Below the pieces are notes generated by a model. The model saw nothing but the letters and a program-made list of their open reading frames with translations, was not told where the DNA came from and searched no databases. The position numbers and the translations under genes were made by a program. From positions 1-62,500 of the forward strand of contig DATGPZ010000202.1 of the NCBI GenBank assembly GCA_035304485.1: a DNA stretch of 62,500 nucleotides, read 5' to 3'. The stretch's first letter is position 1, and every line of letters starts with the position of its first letter. Positions 8,876 through 16,991 of this stretch are shown here, in pieces. The stretch is from Acidimicrobiia bacterium (GTDB lineage Bacteria; Actinomycetota; Acidimicrobiia; Spongiisociales; ZC4RG35).

Positions 8876-10162
8876 GTGGCTAGACCCTGGTCTCCCGCGA
8901 CGAAACGACTGGCGGTGGTCGGTGTCGTGCTGGCGGCCCTCTTCGTCGTCTATCTCGGTCGCAGTCTCTTCACACCGCTCGTCCTGGCGCTGCTGCTGGC
9001 CCTGGCCCTCAGTCCCGTCGTCGACTTCTTCCGCAACCGGCTGAAGCTGCGTCACGGGCTGGCGGTGGCCCTGGCTTATCTCCTGTTCATCGTGGTGGTG
9101 GTCGTGGTGCCGCTCCTGTTCGTGCCTGCTCTGGTGCGATCAGCCGCCGACCTGGACCTCGCCGCCATCGTCACAGGGATCACCGACTGGGCCATCGAGA
9201 CCCTCGAGTCGTTCCGCACGATCGAGATCTTCGGCAACGAGATGGATCTGAGCTCTTCGATCGATCCGCTGCTCGAGAACCTGCAGCGCAGCGGTCGAGG
9301 CTTCGATTTCGATCTCGCCACCGTCTTCGATGAGGCGTGGTCGATCACCTCGGCGGTCTTCACCAGCGTGGTGGGCCTGTTCACGACCGGCCTCCTCGCC
9401 CTGGTCATGTCGGTGTATCTGTCCGGGTCGTTCGACCGTGGTGCCCGTGACTTCATGTACTCGCTGGTGCCCGACGGTTACACCGAAGAGGTACGGGTGC
9501 TCGGGGCCCGAATCGCCCGAGTGTGGACGGGTTACCTGACCGGTCAGTTGACGGTCGCCGTCGTGGTGGGGATCTTCACGGGTCTGGTCATGTTCGCGGT
9601 CGGCCTGCCCGGTGCTCTCGTGATCGGGGTGGTGGGCGGTCTCCTCAACATCATCCCCACCTTCGGGCCCATCTTCGCCTCGGTGGTGGCGGCCATCGTT
9701 GCCCTCGTCCAGGGCTCGGATCGCTTCGATGTCAGCAACTTCGTCTTCGCCCTCATCGTGGTCGGCGCTTACGCCATCATCCAGCAGCTCGAGAGCAACC
9801 TCATCACGCCCCGGATACTGGGAGGTGCGGTTGCCGTGTCGCCCCTCGCGATCCTCATCGGGATCTTGATCGGCTTCAGCGCCGCGGGGGTGCTCGGTGC
9901 GATCGTCGCTGTTCCCGTCGTGGCCACAGGCCGCGAGCTCCTCCGCTATGTCATCGCCAAACTCAAAGACGAGGAGCCCTTTCCTGAAGGAGCGCCTCCG
10001 CCGCGGCGGACCTGGCGAAACAGGATCGATTCATGGCGGGAAAGGATGGCGGGCGCCTCGGCTGGAGATGCGGCGTCCGGGGAACTCGCCGAGTCACCGG
10101 ACGGGCCTGCGCACGAAGAGGACCGCCGAGGCAGCGGCGATGGCACCCGCGTGCCCGAATAG
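8876..10162 (+). CDS. AI-2E family (PerM/UPF0118) transporter
   Basis: 428 aa, ~8 TM segments with a large central loop. The motif NIIPTFGPIFA...ALVQG...IIQQLESNLITPRI is characteristic of the family. Confidence 0.8.
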   Translation: MARPWSPATKRLAVVGVVLAALFVVYLGRSLFTPLVLALLLALALSPVVDFFRNRLKLRHGLAVALAYLLFIVVVVVVPLLFVPALVRSAADLDLAAIVTGITDWAIETLESFRTIEIFGNEMDLSSSIDPLLENLQRSGRGFDFDLATVFDEAWSITSAVFTSVVGLFTTGLLALVMSVYLSGSFDRGARDFMYSLVPDGYTEEVRVLGARIARVWTGYLTGQLTVAVVVGIFTGLVMFAVGLPGALVIGVVGGLLNIIPTFGPIFASVVAAIVALVQGSDRFDVSNFVFALIVVGAYAIIQQLESNLITPRILGGAVAVSPLAILIGILIGFSAAGVLGAIVAVPVVATGRELLRYVIAKLKDEEPFPEGAPPPRRTWRNRIDSWRERMAGASAGDAASGELAESPDGPAHEEDRRGSGDGTRVPE

Positions 10163-10348
10163 AGCGAGCCAGATCTCGGTGCCGGCGGCCGTGTCGACCA
10201 CGAGGCCGACCAGGGCACCCGCGAAGAAACCGATCCAGGATGTGACCACCCCCCGAATCAAGCTCTGGTTTCGTTCACCGGTCACGGTGGCGCCGGCGAG
10301 TCCCGCCAGCAGCCCGACGACGGTCACGGACACGATTGGCATCAACAT
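10094..10348 (-). CDS. GlsB/YeaQ/YmgE family small membrane protein
   Basis: 84 aa from MLMPIVSVTVVGLLAGLAG, Gly/Ala-rich with 3 TM helices. The start is chosen at the internal Met; the upstream part of the tracked ORF is Arg/Pro-rich. Confidence 0.6.
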   Translation of the reverse strand: MLMPIVSVTVVGLLAGLAGATVTGERNQSLIRGVVTSWIGFFAGALVGLVVDTAAGTEIWLALFGHAGAIAAASAVLFVRRPVR

Positions 10349-10479
10349 GTCTAGCTCCTCGATTCCATGGGTTTCATGTCTCCGAGTCGACCAGACCGGT
10401 GGTCGCCTGTGAATGGGGGACATCCCTCGGCTTGCCCGGGCCGCATCGCCGGGAGTGAGGGTCGGGTCGCGGCCGCTCC

Positions 10480-11166
10480 GTGTGTGGGAGAGTCGGGATG
10501 AGGGGGTGGGCGCGGCTTTTAGGACCGTGGTGGCGGTGGTCGATCTTCGCCGTGGTGGTGTTGCCCGTCACCCTGGTGGCGTTGCGGGACCCGGTTCCGG
10601 CACTCGAGGTGTCGATATCGGAGTGGTTCCGAGGGCTCTCGTCGCCGACCTTGGACCCGCTGATGATGATGGCCGACACCGTGGGAAGCGTTGGCGTCAT
10701 CGGGGTCGGTGTGACCCTGGTAGTGGCTCTGCTCCTGCTCCGCGGCTCGTTGCGGGCGGCCCTGGCGCTGCTAGCCGCCGGGATCTCCGGCTATCTGGTG
10801 AACCTCGCCCTCAAATGGGCGATCGACCGGCCGCGTCCCAACGGACCCCAAGCCTGGGGCGGATATCCGAGCGGCCACATGCTGCTCACCACGGTCCTGG
10901 TCGTGTCGATGGTCCTCTTGATGCGTGCCTCCCGGTGGAGGAGGCTGGCAGGTGGGGCTGCTGCCGTCGTGCTCGCCGTGATGGGCTTCAGTCGCCTCTA
11001 CCTGGGAGAGCACTATCCGATCGACGTGGTAGGAGGGTTGGGGATCGGGCTCTCGATCGTCTGGGCCGCGGACCTGGCCATCGGATTCGACCGAGCATCC
11101 GCCACCGACGCCGTCAGCCCTCGTCCCGAAGACGCCAGATCTCCTCGGCGCGTTGGAACTCCGTGA
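10480..11166 (+). CDS. PAP2 superfamily phosphatase (membrane)
   Basis: The three PAP2 motifs are present: KWAIDRPRP, PSGH and SRLYLGEHYPIDVVGG. Confidence 0.8.
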   Translation: MCGRVGMRGWARLLGPWWRWSIFAVVVLPVTLVALRDPVPALEVSISEWFRGLSSPTLDPLMMMADTVGSVGVIGVGVTLVVALLLLRGSLRAALALLAAGISGYLVNLALKWAIDRPRPNGPQAWGGYPSGHMLLTTVLVVSMVLLMRASRWRRLAGGAAAVVLAVMGFSRLYLGEHYPIDVVGGLGIGLSIVWAADLAIGFDRASATDAVSPRPEDARSPRRVGTP

Positions 11167-11836
11167 GGGCACGAGGCCCGTTGCGGAGGAGGAGTCGATA
11201 GAACGCCGGGCGGTCGATGTCGCGGTACTCGACCTGTTCAGTGACATAGGGGCCGACAGTCCCCGAGGTCGGCCGATGGCGCCGTCCTTTCTCGAAGCGA
11301 TCCAGGAAGGCAGCGATGTTGCGGGCGCTGGTCCAATCCGATTTGTAGACGATCGTGCCACCCCGGGCGATCACCCAACTCATGTTCGGGAGCAGCCCAT
11401 AGGCATGATGGGCCGTTCCGTCCAGGTCGTCGACCAGGATCGTGCGGCGGATCCCGACCTCGTCGCGGAGCCGCCGGGCGGCGGCGAGCTTGGAAGCGAA
11501 GTCAGTGTGAGGCCCGACGATCTCCCCGGGGTGCGCCTCTCGGGTGTAGATGAAGAACCAAGCCAGGTCTGACCGATCCTGAGCCAGATCACACAGCAGA
11601 GGACCCTCTGCCGAGCAATACGGTCAAGTGAACGAGCCGAATTCCAGGACCACCGTCCGTTCAGCCCAGACCTCGGAGAGGTCCACCTGCGCCTCGTCGG
11701 CGAGGCGAACCGCGGTGAACGCAGGAGCGGGTTGGCCGGCGTGGAGGTGGTTCGGAAAAGCGGAGAACTCCTCCAATTCCCTGCCCGACTCTACGTATTC
11801 GTCGAACCGCTCGTAGTTGTAGGAGTCGACCTGCAT
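11114..11836 (-). CDS. Deiodinase-like thioredoxin-fold oxidoreductase with an in-frame TGA (candidate selenocysteine) at 11624..11626
   Basis: ORFs 11624..11836 and 11114..11383 share one frame, and the segment between them is open when translated by hand. The junction reads VVLEFGSFT-[TGA]-PYC, which is the FGSxT-U-P deiodinase signature plus a UxxC motif. A SECIS-like hairpin follows directly. Confidence 0.7.
11588..11619 (-). promoter_or_regulatory. Candidate bacterial SECIS hairpin immediately 3' of the in-frame UGA
   Basis: mRNA: UGACCGUAUUGCUCGGCAGAGGGUCCUCUGCUGUGUGAU. Upper stem is GCAGAG/CUCUGC (positions 16-21/26-31 from the U of UGA) with apical loop GGUC (22-25). The lower stem extends to A8-U39 with one U.U mismatch. 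Confidence 0.6.
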
Positions 11837-11862
11837 GGCGGTCGACTATACGACGGCATCCG

Positions 11863-12168
11863 TCAGGCGGGCGGTGCTTCCGGGTTCTGTGGGAGGAACA
11901 CGAACGAGAGACCCTGATCCCCGCTCTGGACGTCCATGATCGAATCGGACAGTGGCTCTGCCAGTATCGGGTCGAGATAGATCTCGGTGCCGGCGTGCTC
12001 GGCGCGGTGATCTGACGCATCGGCCGACTCCACGAACTCCAGCCGCAGGGCCAGATCTCCACTGGGCTGACGTTCCGCACTGATCCGTGTGTCGTGCCCT
12101 TCCGGGATTCCCTCGGCCTCACGGATCGACGCGAGAGCGGCGGCGGCGTTGTCTGACAATTTGAGCAA
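11863..12168 (-). CDS. HesB/IscA-like small protein (cysteine-less variant)
   Basis: 101 aa. The start MLKLSDNAAAALASI and the pattern LRLEFVES...EIYLDP...MDV resemble the IscA/HesB fold, but no Cys is present. It lies 26 nt upstream of the deiodinase-like gene on the same strand. Confidence 0.5.
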   Translation of the reverse strand: MLKLSDNAAAALASIREAEGIPEGHDTRISAERQPSGDLALRLEFVESADASDHRAEHAGTEIYLDPILAEPLSDSIMDVQSGDQGLSFVFLPQNPEAPPA

Positions 12169-12208
12169 TGCAGTTCCTTTCGCTGCTCCCTTCCAGCCTA
12201 GGCAGCGC

Positions 12209-12649
12209 TCAGGACTGTGCCACGGGACCGGTCTCGGCCAGATTCCAGTTGAACACCACGAACGGCTCCGGGTCTGCGGCTCCCGCCGCCCGGTAGGTGG
12301 CCGAGGCGGCGGCGTTGTCCGGGTCGACGCCTACCCACATCCCGTAGCAACCGCCTGCTCGGGCCACTTCTGCCAGGGCTCGCACCAGGGCAGTGCCGAT
12401 CCCCTGCCGACGATGGGCGGAGTCGACGCCCAGTTCGTAGAGGAACATCTCGGTCCCCTTGTCTGGATGGGTCGTTTCGACTCCCGACACGAAACCGACC
12501 GGACGATCGTCGTCCACCGCCAACAGGAGGTGATGCCCGGCAGCGTTCAGGAACCGTGAGGCCCATTCCGGGGTGGGAGGGTCGTCGAACAAGTGGGCGG
12601 CGTCGAGGATGCGTTGGTCGTCGCCGGATGAGAGCTTTTCGATTCGCAT
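12209..12649 (-). CDS. GNAT family N-acetyltransferase
   Basis: The acetyl-CoA motif RRQGIGTALVRAL is followed by the GNAT beta-strand pattern. The start is placed at MRIEKL. Confidence 0.8.
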   Translation of the reverse strand: MRIEKLSSGDDQRILDAAHLFDDPPTPEWASRFLNAAGHHLLLAVDDDRPVGFVSGVETTHPDKGTEMFLYELGVDSAHRRQGIGTALVRALAEVARAGGCYGMWVGVDPDNAAASATYRAAGAADPEPFVVFNWNLAETGPVAQS

Positions 12650-12762
12650 CGGGAGATGATGCTCTACCCGACGCCGATGCGCGGCCGATTGCGGCATCCC
12701 TCAGTGACACTCGCCCTCATCCAACCCCCGCCCAGTGGATTCCCGGGGCCCCGTTAGGATCG

Positions 12763-13764
12763 GTGCCCGTGACCGACCTCGCCGATCGACATGCCGACAC
12801 CGACCTGGAGTTCGACGCATACCGAGCCGAGCTGACCGGCTATTGCTATCGAATGCTGGGTTCCCCCTTCGAGGCCGAGGACGCTGTGCAGGAGACGCAC
12901 CTGCGGGCATGGCGCAACCGGCACCGTTTCGACCCGGACCGTGGTGCCTGGAAGACGTGGCTGTACGCGATCGCCACCAACGTCTGCCTCGACATGCTGC
13001 GCGGCGCCAAGCGTCGAGCACGGGCGATGGACATGGGTCCGGCCTCGGAGGGCGGAGGACCGGACTTCGGTCGTCCGTTGTCTGAGGATCACTGGGTCCT
13101 GCCGGTGGCGGACCAGCAGGTGCTTTCCGGCGGGGAAGACCCGGCTGCGGTCGTCGAGGTGCGCGAGTCGGTTCGCCTGGCATTCATCGCTGCCCTCCAA
13201 TGGCTCCCGCCCCGGCAGCGCTCGATTCTCGTTCTCCGTGACGTGCTCAATTGGAGCGCTCAGGAGGTCGCGCAGCTCCTGGACACGAGTCCGACGGCGG
13301 TCAACAGTGCTCTCCAGCGTGCCCGCATGACCATCGACGACCGTCTCCCGGAACCCTCGACCGAGGCATTCGATCCATCGGACGACCGGCAGCGCGAGTT
13401 GTTGGAAGAGTACGTGTCCGCCTTCGAGAGTCACGACATACCCCGCTTGGTCTCGCTGCTGCGAGAGGACGCCATCAACTCGATGCCTCCGTTCCCGTGG
13501 TGGGTGCGGGGCCGGGATGTCATCGGCCGGCTCTTCGATACTGGAGACGGGTGCCGGGGGGACCGTCTCGTCCCCACGATCGCAAACGGTGCGCCGGCGT
13601 TCGGTCAATACAAGCAAGTCGACGGGCGTCACCGGCCGTTCGGACTCGTCGTGCTCGGGGTCGTGGACGGCCAGATCGTCGAGAGCACGACGTTCCTCGG
13701 TGTCGAGCGCCTCTTCCCCTGCTTCGGGTTGCCGTCGGCCCTCGGCGAGTCCGAGCGGACCTGA
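12763..13764 (+). CDS. ECF sigma factor with C-terminal SnoaL/NTF2-like extension (SigJ/SigG type)
   Basis: Region 2 YRMLGSPFEAEDAVQETHLRAWRN...WLYAIATNVCLD, region 4 LPPRQRSILVLRDVLNWSAQEVAQLL, and a ~130-aa C-terminal extension. A GTG start near 12763/12769 is preferred over the Arg-rich 12556 extension, which overlaps the GNAT gene. Confidence 0.85.
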   Translation: MPVTDLADRHADTDLEFDAYRAELTGYCYRMLGSPFEAEDAVQETHLRAWRNRHRFDPDRGAWKTWLYAIATNVCLDMLRGAKRRARAMDMGPASEGGGPDFGRPLSEDHWVLPVADQQVLSGGEDPAAVVEVRESVRLAFIAALQWLPPRQRSILVLRDVLNWSAQEVAQLLDTSPTAVNSALQRARMTIDDRLPEPSTEAFDPSDDRQRELLEEYVSAFESHDIPRLVSLLREDAINSMPPFPWWVRGRDVIGRLFDTGDGCRGDRLVPTIANGAPAFGQYKQVDGRHRPFGLVVLGVVDGQIVESTTFLGVERLFPCFGLPSALGESERT

Positions 13765-13839
13765 CGGCTCATCCCCGGGCGGAGCAGGCCCGGACCTCGG
13801 AGCGTCGTGCGACGGGAAATTGGTTTGGTCCCTGATAGA

Positions 13840-13849
13840 TAGGTACCTA
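13840..13849. promoter_or_regulatory. Perfect 10-bp palindrome TAGGTACCTA, candidate MarR operator
   Basis: It sits in a locally AT-rich patch 10 bp upstream of the GTG start of the MarR gene at 13860. Confidence 0.3.
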
Positions 13850-13859
13850 ACCTTTCGGC

Positions 13860-14324
13860 GTGAAGCAATCTCTCGACAACGCCCCGTTGGGTCGGTTGGT
13901 GGCGATGGCAGGCCATCTGGCCACACGCCGCTGGGGTGAATACCTGGCCGAGACCTACGGGATCACGGCCGGGGGAGCGGCGGTTCTGATGGTCCTATGG
14001 GCCGATGGCGAGTCGAAGCACTCGCACCTGGCAGCCCGTTGCGCCATTCGGCCCGCCACGCTCACCGGAGTGGTCGACACGTTGGAGAGAGCGGGATTGG
14101 TGGAACGGGTCCCCGCTCCCGAGGATCGACGCGTGACCCTGGTCGCTCTGACCGAATCCGGAGCCGCGATCGCCGAGGAGCTCCATGTGAGGGCTCACTC
14201 GCGCCAAGGACTCAGACCCATCACCAGTATCGACGCCGACCCAGCCAAGGAGCAGGTGATCAGGGACTTTCTGGTCGAAATGATCACCCGCCTGTCCGAT
14301 CCGAAGGAGACGAATGGAATCTGA
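13860..14324 (+). CDS. MarR family transcriptional regulator
   Basis: 154 aa with a winged-helix core (LTGVVDTLERAGLVERVPAPEDRRVTLVALTESG). It is first in an operon with the ABC exporter. Confidence 0.85.
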   Translation: MKQSLDNAPLGRLVAMAGHLATRRWGEYLAETYGITAGGAAVLMVLWADGESKHSHLAARCAIRPATLTGVVDTLERAGLVERVPAPEDRRVTLVALTESGAAIAEELHVRAHSRQGLRPITSIDADPAKEQVIRDFLVEMITRLSDPKETNGI

Positions 14325-15357
14325 AGTCTTGGTGAGCGACCTGGTCAAGCGCTACCCCAAGTCCGAGACCAATGCCGTCGACGGGCTGGGTTTCGAGGTG
14401 TTGTTTGGCGAGATCTTCGGCCTTCTCGGGCCGAACGGCGCCGGCAAATCGACCACCATCGGAGTCCTGACCACGCGTGTAAAGCCGACGAGCGGGCGAG
14501 CCGAGATCGCGGGCGTCGACGTCACCGAGGATCCCGTCAGGGTCAAACGTCTTCTGGCGGTGGTTCCGCAGCAAGTCAACCTCGATCGCTCGCTCACGCC
14601 TCGCCAGAACCTGGTGTTCCACGCCACCTACCACGGTTACTCGGGTCAAGATGCCAAGCGTCGGGCAGCGGAGCTGCTGGCGGAGTTCGGGCTCGAGGAG
14701 CAAGCCGACACCAAAGTCGACTGGTATTCGGGTGGAATGGCCCAACGCCTGATGGTGGCGCGATCCATGATGCACGAACCACGGGTTCTGTTCCTCGACG
14801 AGCCGACGACGGGCCTCGATCCTCAGTCGCGTCTCTTCCTCTGGGAACGGGTGCGGGCGTTGCGCGAACGGGGAACGACGGTCGTCCTGACCACTCACGA
14901 CATGGATGAGGCGGCCGAGATGTCGGATCGGGTGGGCATCGTCGACCACGGCAAGTTGCTGGCGCTCGATACGCCAGCGGCACTCACCAAGGGCTTGTCG
15001 GGGAAGGCAGTGCTCGAACTGGAAGTGGAACTCGCCGAATCGGACACGAGCGAAGGTTTGTTGGCCGCCCTGGGTGAGATTCCCGGTGTCGAGAACGTCG
15101 AGGAGGTTGCCGCCGGACCGATCCTGCCTCCTGGAATGCCCTCAGGAATCCCGCCCGGGCAATTTCCACAGCCTCCAGCCGGTGGCGGCTCCGGACCGGT
15201 GACACTCCGGCTGTACGTGGAACGTGCGCCAGCCTCTCTCCTCGGTGCGGTTGCTTCCGTGTTGACGACCCGTTCCGCCCAGATGCACGGTGTCCAGGTG
15301 AGCGAGCCGAGCCTCGAAGACGTGTTCATCGAGCTCACGGGAAGGAGCCTTCGATGA
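14314..15357 (+). CDS. ABC transporter ATP-binding protein (DrrA/ABC-2 type exporter)
   Basis: Walker A GPNGAGKST, signature YSGGMAQRL and Walker B LFLDEPTTGLD. Confidence 0.9.
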   Translation: MESEVLVSDLVKRYPKSETNAVDGLGFEVLFGEIFGLLGPNGAGKSTTIGVLTTRVKPTSGRAEIAGVDVTEDPVRVKRLLAVVPQQVNLDRSLTPRQNLVFHATYHGYSGQDAKRRAAELLAEFGLEEQADTKVDWYSGGMAQRLMVARSMMHEPRVLFLDEPTTGLDPQSRLFLWERVRALRERGTTVVLTTHDMDEAAEMSDRVGIVDHGKLLALDTPAALTKGLSGKAVLELEVELAESDTSEGLLAALGEIPGVENVEEVAAGPILPPGMPSGIPPGQFPQPPAGGGSGPVTLRLYVERAPASLLGAVASVLTTRSAQMHGVQVSEPSLEDVFIELTGRSLR

Positions 15358-16142
15358 CGACCGAAACCCGTTCGACGGCCTGGCAAGCCTTCCGGGCGAT
15401 CTTGTGGCGGGACATCTTCGTGACCGGCAAGGAGGTCGGGGTGTTCGTGGCCCAGGTCGCCCTCCAGCCGTTCTTCATGCTGTTCATCTTCGCCAAGGTG
15501 TTGGGCGCCGGTGGCTATGTGGCCGCCGACTACGGCCAGTTGCTACTTCCGGGGATCGTTGGCCTGACGGCCTTCTTGACCGCTCTCCAGACCGTCTCGT
15601 TCCCGTTGATCATGGAATTCAGCTTCACGAAGGAGATAGAGGACCGTCTGCTGGCGCCGCTACCGGTCGGCATGGTGGCTATCGAGAAGATGGTGGTGGC
15701 GGTCCTGCGAGGCCTGGTTGCGGCCGCGATCATGTTCCCGGTCGGCGCCTGGGTCCTGGGAGACGCTCCTTGGAATCCGGCCGGCTTGGGGCTGCTGGTG
15801 GTAGCCGTGCTGCTCGGATGCTGGCTGGGAGCGGCGATGGGCCTCTCGATGGGCACCCTGGTCCCACCCAACCGCATCAGTGTGATGTTCGCGGTGATCC
15901 TGACCCCGCTCATGTTCACCGGCGCCGTCCAGTACCCATGGAGTTCCCTGGAGTCCTTGCCCTGGTTCCAGATAGTGACCTTGTTCAATCCGCTCACCTA
16001 TCTGGCGGAGGCGGTGAGGGGAGCGGTGGTTCCCGAGGTTCCCCACATCGACCCGTTGATCTCGGTAGCGGCGATGATGTTGACGGCGCTCGTCTTCAGC
16101 TGGATCGGTATCCGAGGATTCCTGCGTAGGGCCGTCGGCTAG
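15354..16142 (+). CDS. ABC-2 type transporter permease
   Basis: 262 aa with 6 TM segments. ATGA overlap with the ATPase gene. Confidence 0.85.
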   Translation: MTTETRSTAWQAFRAILWRDIFVTGKEVGVFVAQVALQPFFMLFIFAKVLGAGGYVAADYGQLLLPGIVGLTAFLTALQTVSFPLIMEFSFTKEIEDRLLAPLPVGMVAIEKMVVAVLRGLVAAAIMFPVGAWVLGDAPWNPAGLGLLVVAVLLGCWLGAAMGLSMGTLVPPNRISVMFAVILTPLMFTGAVQYPWSSLESLPWFQIVTLFNPLTYLAEAVRGAVVPEVPHIDPLISVAAMMLTALVFSWIGIRGFLRRAVG

Positions 16143-16411
16143 TCCTCCAGGCGCATCGACCGCCTCCACCATCGGAGGGTGGCCGGGGCGTCCTCCACTT
16201 CGTCGCGAAACGGCAACTCGCCGCGCTGTCGTGCCGCCAGCACGCATTCGGTGTGAGCGTGACGACGCCGGGCGGTATCGCCTTCGGGTGCGATCAGCAT
16301 GTGCTCCGAAAGCGCAGTTAGGCGACCGTCACAGAAGGGGCATCGATAGACCGAGGCCGAGAGGTTCCGTGCCGGACGGACAGTCCACCAGCGTGGCTCG
16401 CTCAAGACCAT
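16139..16411 (-). CDS. Hypothetical small protein with a putative zinc-binding CPFC...HTEC motif
   Basis: The C-terminal 90 aa of ORF 16139..16579 read MVLSEPRWWTVRPARNLSASVYRCPFCDGRL...HAHTECVLAARQRG. The upstream part of the ORF is Arg-rich and unlikely to be coding. Confidence 0.4.
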   Translation of the reverse strand: MVLSEPRWWTVRPARNLSASVYRCPFCDGRLTALSEHMLIAPEGDTARRRHAHTECVLAARQRGELPFRDEVEDAPATLRWWRRSMRLED

Positions 16412-16577
16412 CAAGAGTAGATGGCACGCCATGCGATTACTTCCGCCCACGCTTCCCGGAGGATCGACTCGTCGCCTCCGCGATGAGTGACCGGCGACTC
16501 GGTCGTTGTACCTTCTGTATCCGTTCGCCTCGACGTGACAAGATCGACGCGAGCAACCGAGCCGACAGGAGGTCGCC

Positions 16578-16991
16578 ATGGATTATCAACTTCAACTCGT
16601 CCTGATTCCAGTCTCCGACGTGGATCGGGCCAAGGAGTTCTACACCGAGCGGGCAGGATTCGACCTGGACGTGGATCACCAGGCGGGTGATGAGTTCCGG
16701 GTGGTGCAATGCACCCCACCCGGCTCTGCCTGCTCGGTCGCCTTCGGGATCGGCATCAACGACTCCGAACCGGGATCCACCCAGGGTCTGCATCTCGTGG
16801 TCGAGGACATCGAGGTGGCGCACGAGGAACTCATCCGCCGCGGCGTGGAAGTGAGCGATGTCCGGCACATGGGTGCCGGCGGCTGGGAGGCCGGGGTCCA
16901 TCCTGACCGCGACGACTACGCCAGCTTCGCGGACTTCGCCGACCCCGACGGCAACACCTGGGTGCTCCAGGAGGTGGGACACAACCGATGA
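16578..16991 (+). CDS. VOC/glyoxalase-bleomycin resistance family protein
   Basis: LVLIPVSDVDRAKEFYTERAGFDLDVDH plus a second beta-alpha-beta-beta-beta module. Its stop overlaps the sigma-factor start (ATGA). Confidence 0.8.
   Translation: MDYQLQLVLIPVSDVDRAKEFYTERAGFDLDVDHQAGDEFRVVQCTPPGSACSVAFGIGINDSEPGSTQGLHLVVEDIEVAHEELIRRGVEVSDVRHMGAGGWEAGVHPDRDDYASFADFADPDGNTWVLQEVGHNR

Noticed and set aside
10094-10162. Convergent 3'-3' gene overlaps (here 69 nt; also 11114..11166, 38487..38497 and 59775..59842), considered as possible antisense regulation.
   Set aside because: In each case the overlapped tail of at least one protein is low-complexity and lies beyond the recognisable domain. The overlaps are most likely a passive consequence of rare stop codons in GC-rich DNA.
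11380-11592. 70-aa minus-strand ORF lying between the two halves of the deiodinase-like gene.
   Set aside because: It is in a different frame from both flanking halves and its product is Ser/Pro/Gly/Thr-rich. The in-frame readthrough translation of the same DNA is far more protein-like and continuous with both halves.
11114-11836. Alternative reading of the TGA-interrupted gene as a plain pseudogene or two separate genes.
   Set aside because: This is not fully excluded, but it is judged less likely. The stop is at the exact catalytic position of the family motif. There is no further frame decay over 170 downstream codons. The downstream part has no plausible start or RBS until Met 11383, which would delete the active site. 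A SECIS-like hairpin is present at the canonical spacing.
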